64,000 bases of DNA from Azolla caroliniana (taxonomy: Eukaryota; Plantae; Polypodiophyta): positions 186,001-250,000 of the forward strand of contig JBHGNT010000016.1 in NCBI GenBank assembly GCA_043228905.1, read 5' to 3'. The position numbers and the translations under genes were made by a program. A model generated the notes under the pieces. The model made no database searches. It saw only the letters and a program-made list of their open reading frames with translations, and was not told the DNA's origin. Shown here piece after piece: positions 12,601 to 24,469 of the stretch (positions are counted from its first letter, which is position 1; the number at the start of each line of letters is the position of its first letter).

Positions 12601-13694
12601 AATGGTACCGGAAGTTCGACTCCTTCATGACCGACGAAGGGTACCTCAAAACGCAGTCCGACCACTGCGTGTTTGTGAAGAAGTTCGAAGGAGGAGACTC
12701 TCTGATACTCCTCCTATACGTGGACGACATGTTGATCGTCGGACGGGACCAGGTCAAGATACGGATGCTGAAGAAGGCTCTTCACCGAACCTTCTCAATG
12801 AAGGACTTGGGTCCGGCGAGGCAAATACTAGGGATGCACATCATCCGGGACCGGAGCAAGAAGCAGTTGTGGCTGTCACAGGAGAAGTACGTGACGAAGG
12901 TGCTTCACCGGTTTAACATGTCGGAAGCAAGACCGGTCGGATCGACCCTCCCGGCAAACTGCAAGCTGTCCAGCAAGCAAAGTCCCAAGACAAAGGCTGA
13001 AAAGGAGGATATGATGAAAGTACCGTATGCCTCAGCCGTCGGAAGCTTGATGTACGCCATGGTGTGTACGAGACCGGACATCGGATATGCAGTCGGAGTG
13101 GTGAGCCGGTACATGAGCAATCCCGGCAAAGAGCATTGGAATGCGGCCAAGTGGATACTCCGATACCTGAAGGGCACGGCAAACGTGTGCCTCCGATTCG
13201 GCTCCGGTAAGCCCGAACTCGACGGCTTCACCGATTCGGATATGTCGGCTGATGCAGATACCAGCCGGTCCACATCAGGGTATGTGATGACGTATGCAGG
13301 GGGAGCCGTTTCGTGGCGGTCGAGGCTGCAGAAGACGGTTGCGTTGTCAACCACGGAGGCGGAGTACATGGCAGCTGTTGAAGCCGGTAAGGAAATAATA
13401 TGGATGAAGGACTTCATTAGAGAGCTCGGTATCCAGCAGGAGGAGTACCGACTCTACTGTGACAGTCAGAGTGCCATCCACCTTGCGAAGAACGCGGCCT
13501 ACCATTCCCGGACAAAACACATCCAGCGTAGATACCACTGGATCCGGGAAAGGATAGAAGACAAGGAGTTCGTGCTGACAAAGATCCACACGGACGAGAA
13601 CGGGTCGGATATGCTGACCAAGGTGCTCACACCCGACAAGCTGGAAGCATGCCGGAAGAGGATCGGATTGGAGAGACATCCCATGCCGAAGTGA
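9621..13694 (+). CDS. gag-pol: Copia Gag-Pol polyprotein, 1357 aa
   Basis: CCHC knuckle CFHCGKPGHFRKNC; protease WVVDSGAS; GAG-pre-integrase WHKRLCH; integrase HTD...DNGGEY...E; RT LLYVDDML; RNase H TDSD...EAEY...DSQSAI. Confidence 0.97.
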   Translation: MEGGGSGQPAMMVLNAQNYADWKIKMEDLLIVRDLYEPIDRSEIPKGVLESEWKLLNRKAVATIRQYVDVSVLQHVGNDTNAYEMWKKLSGLYERKNALNRTSLMRKIVNLKYRDGESMVEHVSTFMGFVNQLAAIKFPLEDAMQAIILMCTLPESWENLVVTLSTSCTEDNLSLQTVKTSILNEEARRRDKEPASDSKALLTESDRGRQWNRSPQRREKSGTRSQSRGRPTCFHCGKPGHFRKNCRHYRKDNGADDTDSKKSPERNGAYRGATDRRGSDRRGQDRKGTTALAASEEEIMLITEESEVNIAGDETTWVVDSGASFHLTPERRYFSSYTAGEHGCVRMGNEGTCRIVGIGDVWLTTPTGCKMLLKDVRHVPEVRLNLISAGRLDDEGYTGSIRNGVMKFSKGSLIVARARKDNTLYLMNARLCPEELNVAADTAGELWHKRLCHMSEKGMKRLAEDNLIPVKQVHLEKCTDCLAGKQNRTSFHSRPPTRRSAPLELVHTDVCQVETKSHGGAQYFVTFVDDHSRKLWTAPLKTKDQVLCVFKELHARVERESGKKLKAIRADNGGEYRGQFQEYCRSKGIRLEFTVPKTPELNGLAERMNRTIMERVRSMLAHAKLPKGFWAETMSTATYVINRSPSVPLDGDTPQKVWTGKEVSYRHLKVFGCLAYVHVAKDRRGKLDPKTRPCIFLGYGDDEFGYRVWDPVDKKIFRSRDIIFMEDKTLADWESEKKMKSSKSTGEDQLYKEQSRPARDRLALEDPAEDGEETEPAEEDENDTGTGPDPEMDLDEEESEEPVTEAPERRYPLRERRPPRRFPEPEHVLLTDEGEPESFEEAKHDTQSRRWLSAMQDEMDSLHENHTYELVELPKGKRALRNKWVFKLKPGDAGNPPRYKARIVVKGFQQKKGVDFDEIFAPVVKMTSIRTVLSIAASMDLEVEQMDVKTAFLHGDLDEEIYMQQPEGFEKKGKEHLVCRLKKSLYGLKQAPRQWYRKFDSFMTDEGYLKTQSDHCVFVKKFEGGDSLILLLYVDDMLIVGRDQVKIRMLKKALHRTFSMKDLGPARQILGMHIIRDRSKKQLWLSQEKYVTKVLHRFNMSEARPVGSTLPANCKLSSKQSPKTKAEKEDMMKVPYASAVGSLMYAMVCTRPDIGYAVGVVSRYMSNPGKEHWNAAKWILRYLKGTANVCLRFGSGKPELDGFTDSDMSADADTSRSTSGYVMTYAGGAVSWRSRLQKTVALSTTEAEYMAAVEAGKEIIWMKDFIRELGIQQEEYRLYCDSQSAIHLAKNAAYHSRTKHIQRRYHWIRERIEDKEFVLTKIHTDENGSDMLTKVLTPDKLEACRKRIGLERHPMPK

Positions 13695-13702
13695 AGGGGG
13701 AG
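13688..13702 (+). promoter_or_regulatory. Copia polypurine tract, overlapping the ORF stop codon
   Basis: GAAGTGAAGGGGGAG immediately before the 3' LTR; it contains the TGA at 13692-13694. Confidence 0.9.
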
Positions 13703-13704
13703 TT

Positions 13705-14316
13705 TGTTGGGATTAAGGTCCCTTCGATGGGATGGTCGGATGTCGGAGATGAATGCCGACGAGCCCGGTTTCGGTTTCGGAACCGGATGATGAAGACCCC
13801 GGCTTCGGAGCCGGATGACGAATGTACCCAGGGAGAGATCCGGATGCAGGGACATATCCGTGAATATGTTTGCTAAGAACCCCCTGAGGCTATAGTTGTA
13901 AATAGCCCCAAAGTCATATATGTATAAATATGACTTAGGGCAATTGGTTTTATGGTTGTTGATCATTTTTCTGTTTTTCCACTCTAGAGGAGTGAAGAGA
14001 GAGCAGCCGCGAGAGAGAGAGAGGGATAGAGCGTGAGAGAGGAAGAGGTCGACGCCTCTGTGTATTTCCGCCGCCTGTGGCGAGGACAGCGAGCTCAAGG
14101 TCGTCGCCTTGCAGCTCGCCATTGTATACTTCTCTGTATAGTGTTGGTTTGGAGTCTTGTCCTCCCGTGGTTTTTCCCGTCTAGGGTTTTCCACGTTAAT
14201 CCCTGTGTGTTCGCGTTTTTGTTTCTCTTTGTGGTTCCTATTTTCTGCTGCATCGATTCGCGCTTACTCGGTTGTGGCCGAGGGAAGAAGGTTAATCGTG
14301 TGGTTGATTCCTTACA
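13705..14316 (+). repeat. Copia 3' LTR (612 bp)
   Basis: Identical to the 5' LTR by eye except C13772 versus T9046. Confidence 0.97.
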
Positions 14317-17300
14317 GGATGAACATTTTAATTTACCTACTAGCGCTTGTCAACTCCTTCCTCAAATTTGCTAATTTCTTCATGTCTCTCGACCTGAGTT
14401 TCAAAATCTTGATTTTTTAATTCCATAACATAGCTAGCGTTGTTAGCTTCGATTCGCATGTTTGAACACAGAAATCCGGTATCACACGAGCCTGGTATGA
14501 ACATTTCATTTACTAACGCGCTCTTCTCCACTACCTCCTCAAATTTGCTAATTTCTTCATGTCTCTCGACCTGAGTTTCAAAATTTTGATTTTTTAATTA
14601 CATAACATAGCTAGCGCTGTTAGCTTCGATTCACATGTTTGAACACAAAAATCCGATATCACACGAGCCGCGGATGAACATTTTAATTTACCTACTAGCG
14701 CTTGTCAACTCCTTCCTCAAATTTGCTAATTTCTTCATGTCTCTCGACCTTAGTTTCAAAATCTTGATTTTTTAATTCCATAACATAGCTAGCGTTGTTA
14801 GCTTCGATTCGCATGTTTGAACACAGAAATCCGGTATCACACGAGCCTGGTATGAACATTTTAATTTACTAACGCGCTCTTCTCCACTACGTCCTCAAAT
14901 TTGCTAATTTCTTCATGTCTCTCGACCTGAGTTTCAAAATCTTGATTTTTTAATTCCATAACATAGCTAGCGTTGTTAGCTTCGATTCGCATGTTTGAAT
15001 ACAAAAATCCGATATCCCACGAGCCACGGATGAACATTTTAATTTACCTACTAGCGCTTGTCAACTCCTTCCTCAAATTTGCTAATTTCTTCATGTCTCT
15101 CGACCTGAGTTTTAAAATCTTGATTTTTTAATTCCATATCAGAGCTAGCGTTGTTAGCTTCGATTCGCATGTTTGAACACAGAAATCTCATATCACACGA
15201 GCTAGGTATGAACATTTTAATTTACTAACGCGCTCTTCTCCACTACCTCCTCAAATTTGCTAATTTCTTCATGTCTCTCGGCCTGAGTTTCAAAATCTTG
15301 ATTTTTTAATTCCATAACATAGCTAGCGTTGTTAGCTTCGATTCGCATGTTTGAACACAAAAATCCGATATCACACGAGCTAGGTATGAACATTTTAATT
15401 TACTAACGCGCTCTTCTCCACTACCTCCTCAAATTTGCTAATTTCTTCATGTCTCTCGACTTGAGTTTCAAAATCTTGATTTTTTAATTCCATAACATAG
15501 CTAGCGCTGTTAGCTTCGATTCACATGTTTGAACACAAAAATCCGGTATCACACGAGCCACGGATGAACATTTCAATTTACCTACTAGCGCTTGTCAACT
15601 CCATCCTCAAATTTGCTAATTTCTTCATGTCTCTCGACCTGAGTTTCAAAATCTTGATTTTTTAATTCCATAACATAGCTAGCGCTGTTAGTTTCGATTC
15701 GCACGTTTGAACACAAAAATCCGATATCACACGAGCCACGTATGAACATTTTAATTTACCTACTAGCGCTTGTCAACACCCTCCTCAAATTACTTAATTT
15801 CATCATGTCTCTCGACGTGAGTTTCAAAATCTTGATTTTTTAATTCCATATAAGAGCTAGCGTTGTGAGCTTCGATTGCCATGTTTGAAAATAAAAATCC
15901 GATATCACACGAGCCGGATATGAACATTTTAATTTACCTTCTAGCGCTTGTCAACTCCCTCCTCAAATTTGTTAATTTCTTCATGTCTCTCGACCTAAGT
16001 TTCAAAATCTTGATTTTTTAATTCCATATCAGAGCTAGCGTTGTTAGCTTCGATTCACATGTTTGAACACAAAAATCCGATATCACACTAGCCACGTATG
16101 AACATTTTAATTTACCTACTAGCGCTTGTCAACTCCCTCCTAAAATTTGCTAATTTCTTCATGTCTCTCGACCTGAGTTTCAAAATCTTGATTTTTCAAT
16201 TCCATATCAGAGCTAGCGTTGTTAGCTTCGATTCGCATGTTTGAACACTAAAATCCGATATCACAAGAGCCTGGTATGAACATTTTAATTTACTAACGCG
16301 CTCTTCTCCACTACGTCCTCAAATTTGCTAATTTCTTCTTGTCCCTCGACCTGAGTTTCAAAATCTTGATTTTTCAATTCCATATCAGAGCTAGCATTGT
16401 TAGCTTCGATTCGCATGTTTGAACACAAAAATCCGATACCACACGAGCCACGTATGAACATTTTAATTTACCTACTAGAGCTTGTCAACTCCCTCCTCAA
16501 ATTTGCTAATTTCTTCATGTCTCTCGACCTGAGTTTCAAAATCTTGATTTTTTAATTCCATATCAGAGCTAGCATTGTTAGCTTCAATTCGCATGTTTGA
16601 ACACAGAAATCCGATATCACACGAGCCTGGTATGAACATTTTAATTTACTAACGCGCTCTTCTCCACTACCTCCTAACATTTGCGAATTTCTTCATGTCT
16701 CTCGACCTCAGTTACAAAATCTTGATTTTTCAATTCCTGATCAGAGCTAGCGTTCTTAACTTCGATTCGCATGTTTGAACACAAAAATCCGATATCATAC
16801 GAGCTACGTGTAAACATTTTAATTTACCTACTAGCGCTTGTCAACACCCTCCTCAAATTTGCTAATTTCTTCATGTCTCTCGACCTGAGTTTCAAAATCT
16901 TGATTTTTCAATTCCATATCAGAGCTAGCGTTGTTAGCTTCGATTCGCATGTTTGAACACAAAAATCCGGTATCACACGAGCCACGTATGAACATTTTAA
17001 TTTACCTACTAGCTCTTGTCAACTCCCACCTGAAATTTGCTAATTTCTTCATATCTCTCGACCTGAGTTTCAAAATCTTGATTTTTTAATTCCATATCAG
17101 AGCTAGCGTTGTTAGCTTTGATTCGCATGTTTGAACACAAAAATCCGATATCACACTAGCCTTGGATGAATATTTTAATTTACTAACGCGCTCTTCTCCA
17201 CTACGTCCTCAAATTTGCTAATTTCTTCATGTCTCTTGACCTGAGTTTCAAAATCTTGATTTTTTAATTCCATAACATAGCTAGCGCTGTTAGCTTCGAT

Positions 17301-20300
17301 TCACATGTTTGAACACAAAAATCCGATATCACACGAGCCACGGATGAACATTTTAATTTACCTACTAGCGCTTGTCAACTCCCACCTGAAATTTGCTAAT
17401 TTCTTCATATCTCTCGACCTGAGTTTGAAAATCTCTTCATATCTCTTCATATCAGAGCTAGCGTTTTTAGCTTCGATTCGCATGTTTGAACACAAAAATG
17501 TGATATCACACGAGCCTTGGATGAATATTTTAATTTACTAACGCGCTCTTCTCCACTACGTCCTCAAATTTGCTAATTTCTTCATGTCTCTCGACTTGAG
17601 TTTCAAAATCTTGATTTTTCAATTCCATATCAGAGCTAGCGTTGTTAGCTTCGATTCGCAAGTTTGAACACAAAAATCCGATATCACACGAGCGTGGTAT
17701 GAACCTTTTCATTTACTAACGCGCTCTTCTCCACTACCTCCTCAAATTTGCTAATTTCTTCATGTCTCTCGACCTGAGTTTCAAAATCTTGATTTTTCAA
17801 TTCCATATTAGAGCTAGCATTGTTAGCTTCGATTCGCATGTTTGAACACAAAAATCCGATACCACACGAGCCACGTATGAACATTTTAATTTACCTACTA
17901 GCGCTTGTCAACACCGTCCTCAAATTTGCTAATTTCTTCATGTCTCTCGACCTGAGTTTCAAAATCTTGATTTTTCAATTCCATATCAGAGCTAGCGTTG
18001 TTAGCTTCGATTCGCATGTTTGAACACAAAAATCCGGTATCACACGAGCCACGTATGAACATTTTAATTTACCTACTAGCTCTTGTCAACTCCCACCTGA
18101 AATTTGCTAATTTCTTCATATCTCTCGACCTGAGTTTCAAAATCTTGATTTTTTAATTCCATATCAGAGCTAGCGTTGTTAGCTTTGATTCGCATGTTTG
18201 AACACAAAAATCCGATATCACACTAGCCTTGGATGAATATTTTAATTTACTAACGCGCTCTTCTCCACTACGTCCTCAAATTTGCTAATTTCTTCATGTC
18301 TCTTGACCTGAGTTTCAAAATCTTGATTTTTTAATTCCATAACATAGCTAGCGCTGTTAGCTTCGATTCACATGTTTGAACACAAAAATCCGATATCATA
18401 CGAGCCACGGATGAACATTTTAATTTACCTACTAGCGCTTGTCAACTCCCACCTGAAATTTGCTAATTTCTTCATATCTCTCGACCTGAGTTTGAAAATC
18501 TCTTCATATCTCTTCATATCAGAGCTAGCGTTTTTAGCTTCGATTCGCATGTTTGAACACAAAAATGTGATATCACACGAGCCTTGGATGAATATTTTAA
18601 TTTACTAACGCGCTCTTCTCCACTACGTCCTCAAATTTGCTAATTTCTTCATGTCTCTCGACTTGAGTTTCAAAATCTTGATTTTTCAATTCCATATCAG
18701 AGCTAGCGTTGTTAGCTTCGATTCGCATGTTTGAACACAAAAATCCGGTATCACACGAGCCACGTATGAACATTTTAATTTACCTACTAGCTCTTGTCAA
18801 CTCCCACCTGAAATTTGCTAATTTCTTCATATCTCTCGACCTGAGTTTCAAAATCTTGATTTTTTAATTCCATATCAGAGCTAGCGTTTTTAGCTTCGAT
18901 TCGCATGTTTGAACACAAAAATGTGATATCACACGAGCCTTGGATGAATATTTTAATTTACTAACGCGCTCTTCTCCACTACGTCCTCAAATTTGCTAAT
19001 TTCTTCATGTCTCTTGACCTGAGTTTCAAAATCTTGATTTTTTAATTCCACATTAGAGCTAGCGTTGTTAGCTTCGATTCGCATGTTTGAACACAAAAAT
19101 CCGATATCACACGAGCCACGGATGAACATTTTAATTTACCTACTAGCGCTTGTCAACTCCCTCCTCAAATTTGCTAATTTCTTCATGTCTCTCGACCTGA
19201 GTTTCAAAATCTTGATTTTTTAATTCCATAACATAGCTAGCATTGTTAGCTTCAATTCGCATGTTTGAACACAGAAATCCGATATCACACGAGCTAGGTA
19301 TGAACATTTTAATTTACTAACGTGCTCTTCTCCGCTACGTCCTCAAATTTGCTAATTTCTTCATGTCTCTCAACCTAATTTTCAAAATCTTGATTTTTTA
19401 ATTCCACATTAGAGCTAGCGTTGTTAGCTTCGATTCGCATGTTTGAACACAAAAATCCGATATCACACGAGCCTGGTATGAACATTGTAATTTACTAACG
19501 CGCTCTTCTCCACTACGTCCTAAAATTTGCTAATTTCCTCATGTCTCTCCACCTAAGTTTAAAAATCTTGATTTTTTTATTCCATATCAGTGCTAGTGTT
19601 GTTAGCTTCGATTCGCATGTTTGAACACAAAAATCCGATATCACCCAAGCCTGGTATGAACATTTTAATTTACTAACGCGCTCTTCTCCACTACCTCCAC
19701 AAATTTGCTAATTTTTCATGTCTCTCGACCTGAGTTTCAAAATCTTGATTTTTTAATTCCATAACATAGCTAGCGCTGTTAGCTTCGATTCACATGTTTG
19801 AACGCAAAAATCCGATATCACACAAACCACGGATGAACATTTTAATTTACCTACTAGCGATTGTCAACTCCCTCCTCAAATTTGCTAATTTGTTCATGTC
19901 TCTCGACCTGAGTTTTAAAATCTTGATTTTTTAAGTCCATATCAGAGCTAGCGTTGTTAGCTTCGATTCGCATGTTTGAACACAGAAATCTGATATCACA
20001 CGAGCTAGGTATGAACATTTTAATTTACTAACGCGCTCTTCTCCACTACCTCCTCAAATTTGCTAATTTCTTCATGTCTCTCGACCTGAGTTTCAAAATC
20101 TTGATTTTTTAATTCCATAACATAGCTAGCGCTGTTAGCTTCGATTCACATGTTTGAACACAAAAATCCGATATCACACGAGCTAGGTATGAACATTTTA
20201 ATTTACCTACTAGCTCTTCTCCACTACCTCCACAAATTTGCTAATTTCTTCATGTCTCTCGACCTGAGTTTCAAAATCTTGATTTTTTAATTCCATAACA

Positions 20301-23300
20301 TAGTTAGCGCTGTTAGCTTCGTTTCACATGTTTGAACACAAAAATCCGATATCACACGAGCTAGGTATGAACATTTTAATTTACTAACGCGCTCTTCTCC
20401 ACTACGTCGTCAAATTTTCTAATTTCTTCATGTCTCTCGACCTGAGTTTCAAAATCTTGATTTTTTAATTCCATAACATAGTTAGCGTTGTTAGCTTCGA
20501 TTCGCATGTTCGAATACAAAAATCCGATATCCCACGAGCCACGGATGAACATTTTAATTTACCTACTAGCGCTTGTCAACTCCCTCCACAAATTTGCTAA
20601 TTTCTTCATGTCGCTCGACCTGAGTTTAGAAATCTTGATTTTTCAATTCCATGTCACAGCTAGCGTTGTTAGCTTCGATTCACATGTTTGAACACAAAAA
20701 TCCGATATCACACGAGCCACGTATGAACATTTTAATTTACCTACTAGCGCTTGTCAACTCCCTCCCGAAATTTGCTAATTTCTTCATGTCTCTCGACCCG
20801 AGTTTCAAAATCTTGATATTTCAATTCCATATCAGAGCTAGCGTTGTTAGCTTCGATTCGCATGTTTGAACACAAAAATCCGATATCACACGAGCCACGT
20901 ATGAACATTTTAATTTACCTACTAGCGCTTGTCAACACCCTCCTCAAATTACTTAATTTCATCATGTCTCTCGACCTGAGTTTCAAAATCTTGATTTTTT
21001 AATTCCATATAAGCGCTAGCGTTGTGAGCTTCGATTGCCATGTTTGAAAATAAAAATCTGATATCACACGAGCCAGATATGAACATTTTAATTTACCTTC
21101 TAGCGCTTGTCAACTCCCTCCTCAAATTTTTTAATTTCTTCATGTCTCTCGACCTAAGTTTCAAAATCTTGATTTTTTAATTCCATATCAGAGCTAGCGT
21201 TGTTAGCTTCGATTCGCATGTTTGAACACAGAAATCCGATATCACACGAGCCTGGTATGAACATTTTAATTTACTAACGCGCTCTTCTCCACTACCTCCT
21301 AACATTTGCGAATTTCTTCATGTCTCTCGACCTCAGTTTCAAAATCTTGATTTTTCAATTCCAGATCAGAGCTAGCGTTCTTAACTTCGATTCGCATGTT
21401 TGAACACAAAAATCCGATATCATACGAGCTACGTGTAAACATTTTAATTTACCTACTAGCGCTTGTCAACACCCTCCTCAAATTTGCTAATTTCTTCATG
21501 TCTCTCGACCTGAGTTTCAAAATCTTGATTTTTCAATTCCATATCAGAGCTAGCGTTGTTAGCTTCGATTCGCATGTTTGAACACAAAAATCCGGTATCA
21601 CACGAGCCACGTATGAAAATTTTAATTTACCTACTAGCTCTTGTCAACTCCCACCTGAAATTTGCTAATTTCTTCATATCTCTCGACCTGAGTTTGAAAA
21701 TCTTGATTTTTTAATTCCATATCAGAGCTAGCGTTTTTAGCTTCGATTCGCATGTTTGAACACAAAAATCCGATATCACACGAGCCTTGGATGAATATTT
21801 TAATTTACTAACGCGCTCTTCTCCACTACGTCCTCAAATTTGCTAATTTCTTCATGTCTCTCGACTTGAGTTTCAAAATCTTGATTTTTGAATTCCATAT
21901 CAGAGCTACCGTTGTTAGCTTCGATTCGCAAGTTTGAACACAAAAATCCGATATCACACGAGCGTGGTATTAACCTTTTCATTTACTAACGCGCTCTTAT
22001 CCACTACCTCCTCAAATTTGCTAATTTCTTCATGTCTCTCGACCTGAGTTTCAAAATCTTGATTTTTGAATTCCATATCAGAGGTAGCGTTGTTAGCTTC
22101 GATTCGCATGTCTGAACACAAAAATCCGATATCACACGAGCCACGGATGAATATTTTAATTTACCTACTAGCGCTTGTCAACTCCCTCCTCAAATTTGCT
22201 AATTTCTTCATGTCTCTCGACCTGAGTTTGAAAATCTTGATTTTTTAATTCCATACCAGAGCTGGCGTTGTTAGCTTCGATTCGCATGTTTGAACACAAA
22301 AATCCGATATCACACTAGCCAAGTATGAACATTTTAATTTACCTACTAGCGCTTGTCAACTCCCTCCTAAAATTTGCTAATTTCTTCATGTCTCTCGACC
22401 TGAGTTTCAAAATCTTGATTTTTCAATTCCATATCAGAGCTAGCGTTGTTAGCTTCGATTCGCATGTTTGAACACTAAAATCCGATATCACAAGAGCCTG
22501 GTATGAACATTTTAATTTACTAACGCGCTCTTCTCCACTACGTCCTCAAATTTGCTAATTTCTTCATGTCCCTCGACCTGAGTTTCAAAATCTTGATTTT
22601 TCAATTCCATATCAGAGCTAGCGTTGTTAGCTTCGATTCGCATGTTTGAACACAAAAATCCGATACCACACGAGCCACGTATGAACATTTTAATTTACCT
22701 ACTAGCGCTTGTCAACTCCCTCCTCAAATTACTTAATTTCTTCATGTCTCTCGACCTGAGTTTCAAAATCTAGATTTTTTAATTCCATATCAGAGCTAGC
22801 GTTGTTAGCTTCGATTCGCATGTTTGAACACAAAAATCCGATATCACACTAGCCTTGGATGAATATTTTAATTTACTAACGCGCTCTTCTCCACTACGTC
22901 CTCAAATTTGCTAATTTCTTGATGTCTCTCGACCTGAGTTTCAAAATCTTGATTTTTTAATTCCATAACATAGCTAGCGCTGTTAGCTTCGATTCACATG
23001 TTTGAACACAAAAATCCGATATCACACGAGCCACGGATGAACATTTTAATTTACCTACTAGCGCTTGTCAACTCCCTCCTCAAATTTGCTAATTTCTTCA
23101 TGTCTCTCGACCTGAGTTTCAAAATCTTGATTTTTTAATTCCATAATATAGCTAGCATTGTTAGCTTCAATTCGCATGTTTGAACACAGAAATCCGATAT
23201 CACACGAGCTAGGTATGAACATTTTAATTTACTAACGTGCTCTTCTCCACTACGTCCTCAAATTTGCTAATTTCTTCATGTCTCTCAACCTAATTTTCAA

Positions 23301-24139
23301 AATCTTGATTTTTTAATTCCATATTAGAGCTAGCGTTGTTAGCTTCGATTCGCATGTTTGAACACAAAAATCCGATATCACACGAGCCTAGTATGAACAT
23401 TTTAATTTACTAACGCGCTCTTCTCCACTACGTCCTCAAATTTGCTAATTTCTTCATGTCTCTCCACCTAAGTTTAAAAATCTTGATTTATTTATTCCAT
23501 ATCAGTGCTAGTGTTGTTAGCTTCGATTCGCATGTTTGAGCACAAAAATCCGATATCACCCAAGCCTGGTATGAACATTTTAATTTACTAACGCGCTCTT
23601 CTCCACTACGTCCTCAAATTTGCTAATTTTTCATGTCTCTCGACGTGAGTTTCAAAATCTTGATTTTTTAATTCCATAACATAGCTAGCGCTGTTAGCTT
23701 CGATTCACATGTTTGAACACAAAAATCCGATATCACACGAGCTAGGTATGAACATTTTAATTTACTAACGCGCTCTTCTCCACTACCCCCACAAATTTGC
23801 TAATTTCTTCATGTCTCTCGACCTGAGTTTAAAAATTTTGATTTTTGAATTCCATATCAGAGCTAGCGTTGTTAGCTTCGATTCGCATGTCTGAACACAA
23901 AAATCCGATATCACACGAGCCACGGATGAATATTTTAATTTACCCACTAGCGCTTGTCAACTCCCTCCTCAAATTTGCTAATTTCTTCATGTCTCTCGAC
24001 CTGAGTTTCAAAATCTTGATTTTTTAATTCCATACCAGAGCTAGCGTTGTTAGCTTCGATTCGCATGTTTGAACACAAAAATCCGATATCACACTAGCCA
24101 CGTATGAACATTTTAATTTACCTACTAGCGCTTGTCAAC
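14317..24139 (+). repeat. 178-bp satellite array, segment 2 (~55 monomers; mixed subfamily zone)
   Basis: Resumes in register after the TSD; ATAACATAG and ATATCAGAG monomers are intermixed from ~15.8 kb. Confidence 0.98.
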
Positions 24140-24261
24140 TGTCATAACTAGACTCGAACCCATAACCTTTTGTTACACGGGTCGAGACTTTACCATTAGG
24201 TTATGAGTTGTAATTTGAAGGATATTATTTTCATTTAGGTTTTATTAGGAAATTGATGTAT

Positions 24262-24311
24262 ATTCCAGATTTCTCTGGAACATTCTAGAAACTTCAGGAG
24301 TATTCCTGAAG
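24262..24311 (+). promoter_or_regulatory. Heat-shock element (alternating nGAAn/nTTCn array) in U3
   Basis: TTC-ca-GAT-tt-CTC-tg-GAA-ca-TTC-ta-GAA-ac-TTC-ag-GAG-ta-TTC-ct-GAA: 10 in-phase pentamers, 7 perfect, 4 of them consecutive. Confidence 0.8.
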
Positions 24312-24315
24312 ACAC

Positions 24316-24322
24316 TATAAAA
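24316..24322 (+). promoter_or_regulatory. TATA box of the chromovirus LTR
   Basis: TATAAAA in the context CACTATAAAAGG. Confidence 0.8.
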
Positions 24323-24429
24323 GGAGGCGCAAGGCATTAGTTCGAACCAAATCGGTTCAACGCCAGTCTTAAGCCTTCTAACTACTGTTGTATATCTTCC
24401 GTCATATAATACATATATCTTTCGCACCA

Positions 24430-24433
<4 letters not shown>

Positions 24434-24465
<32 letters not shown>
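24434..24465 (+). repeat. (TC)n microsatellite in the LTR R/U5 region
   Basis: About 16 TC units. Confidence 0.9.

Positions 24466-24469
<4 letters not shown>

Larger units (their letters stand above)
8979..14316 (+). mobile_element. Intact Ty1/copia LTR retrotransposon (Tork/Tnt1-Tto1-like), 5338 bp
   Basis: TG...CA LTRs of 612 bp; 5-bp TSD GGATG at 8974-8978 and 14317-14321; PBS, PPT and one uninterrupted ORF in gag-PR-INT-RT-RH order. Lineage assigned by recognition only. Confidence 0.97.

Noticed and set aside
9674-13679. Antisense and alternative-frame ORFs within the retroelements (also 24701-29274 and 61058-63992)
   Set aside because: Shadow ORFs of GC-rich coding sequence.
15136-15145. 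Satellite TATCAGAGC resembling the iMet PBS, and GTTTGAAC shared with the chromovirus PBS region, suggesting a TE origin of the satellite
   Set aside because: Only 8-9 nt matches, no TGG, and no extended similarity to any of the three elements.
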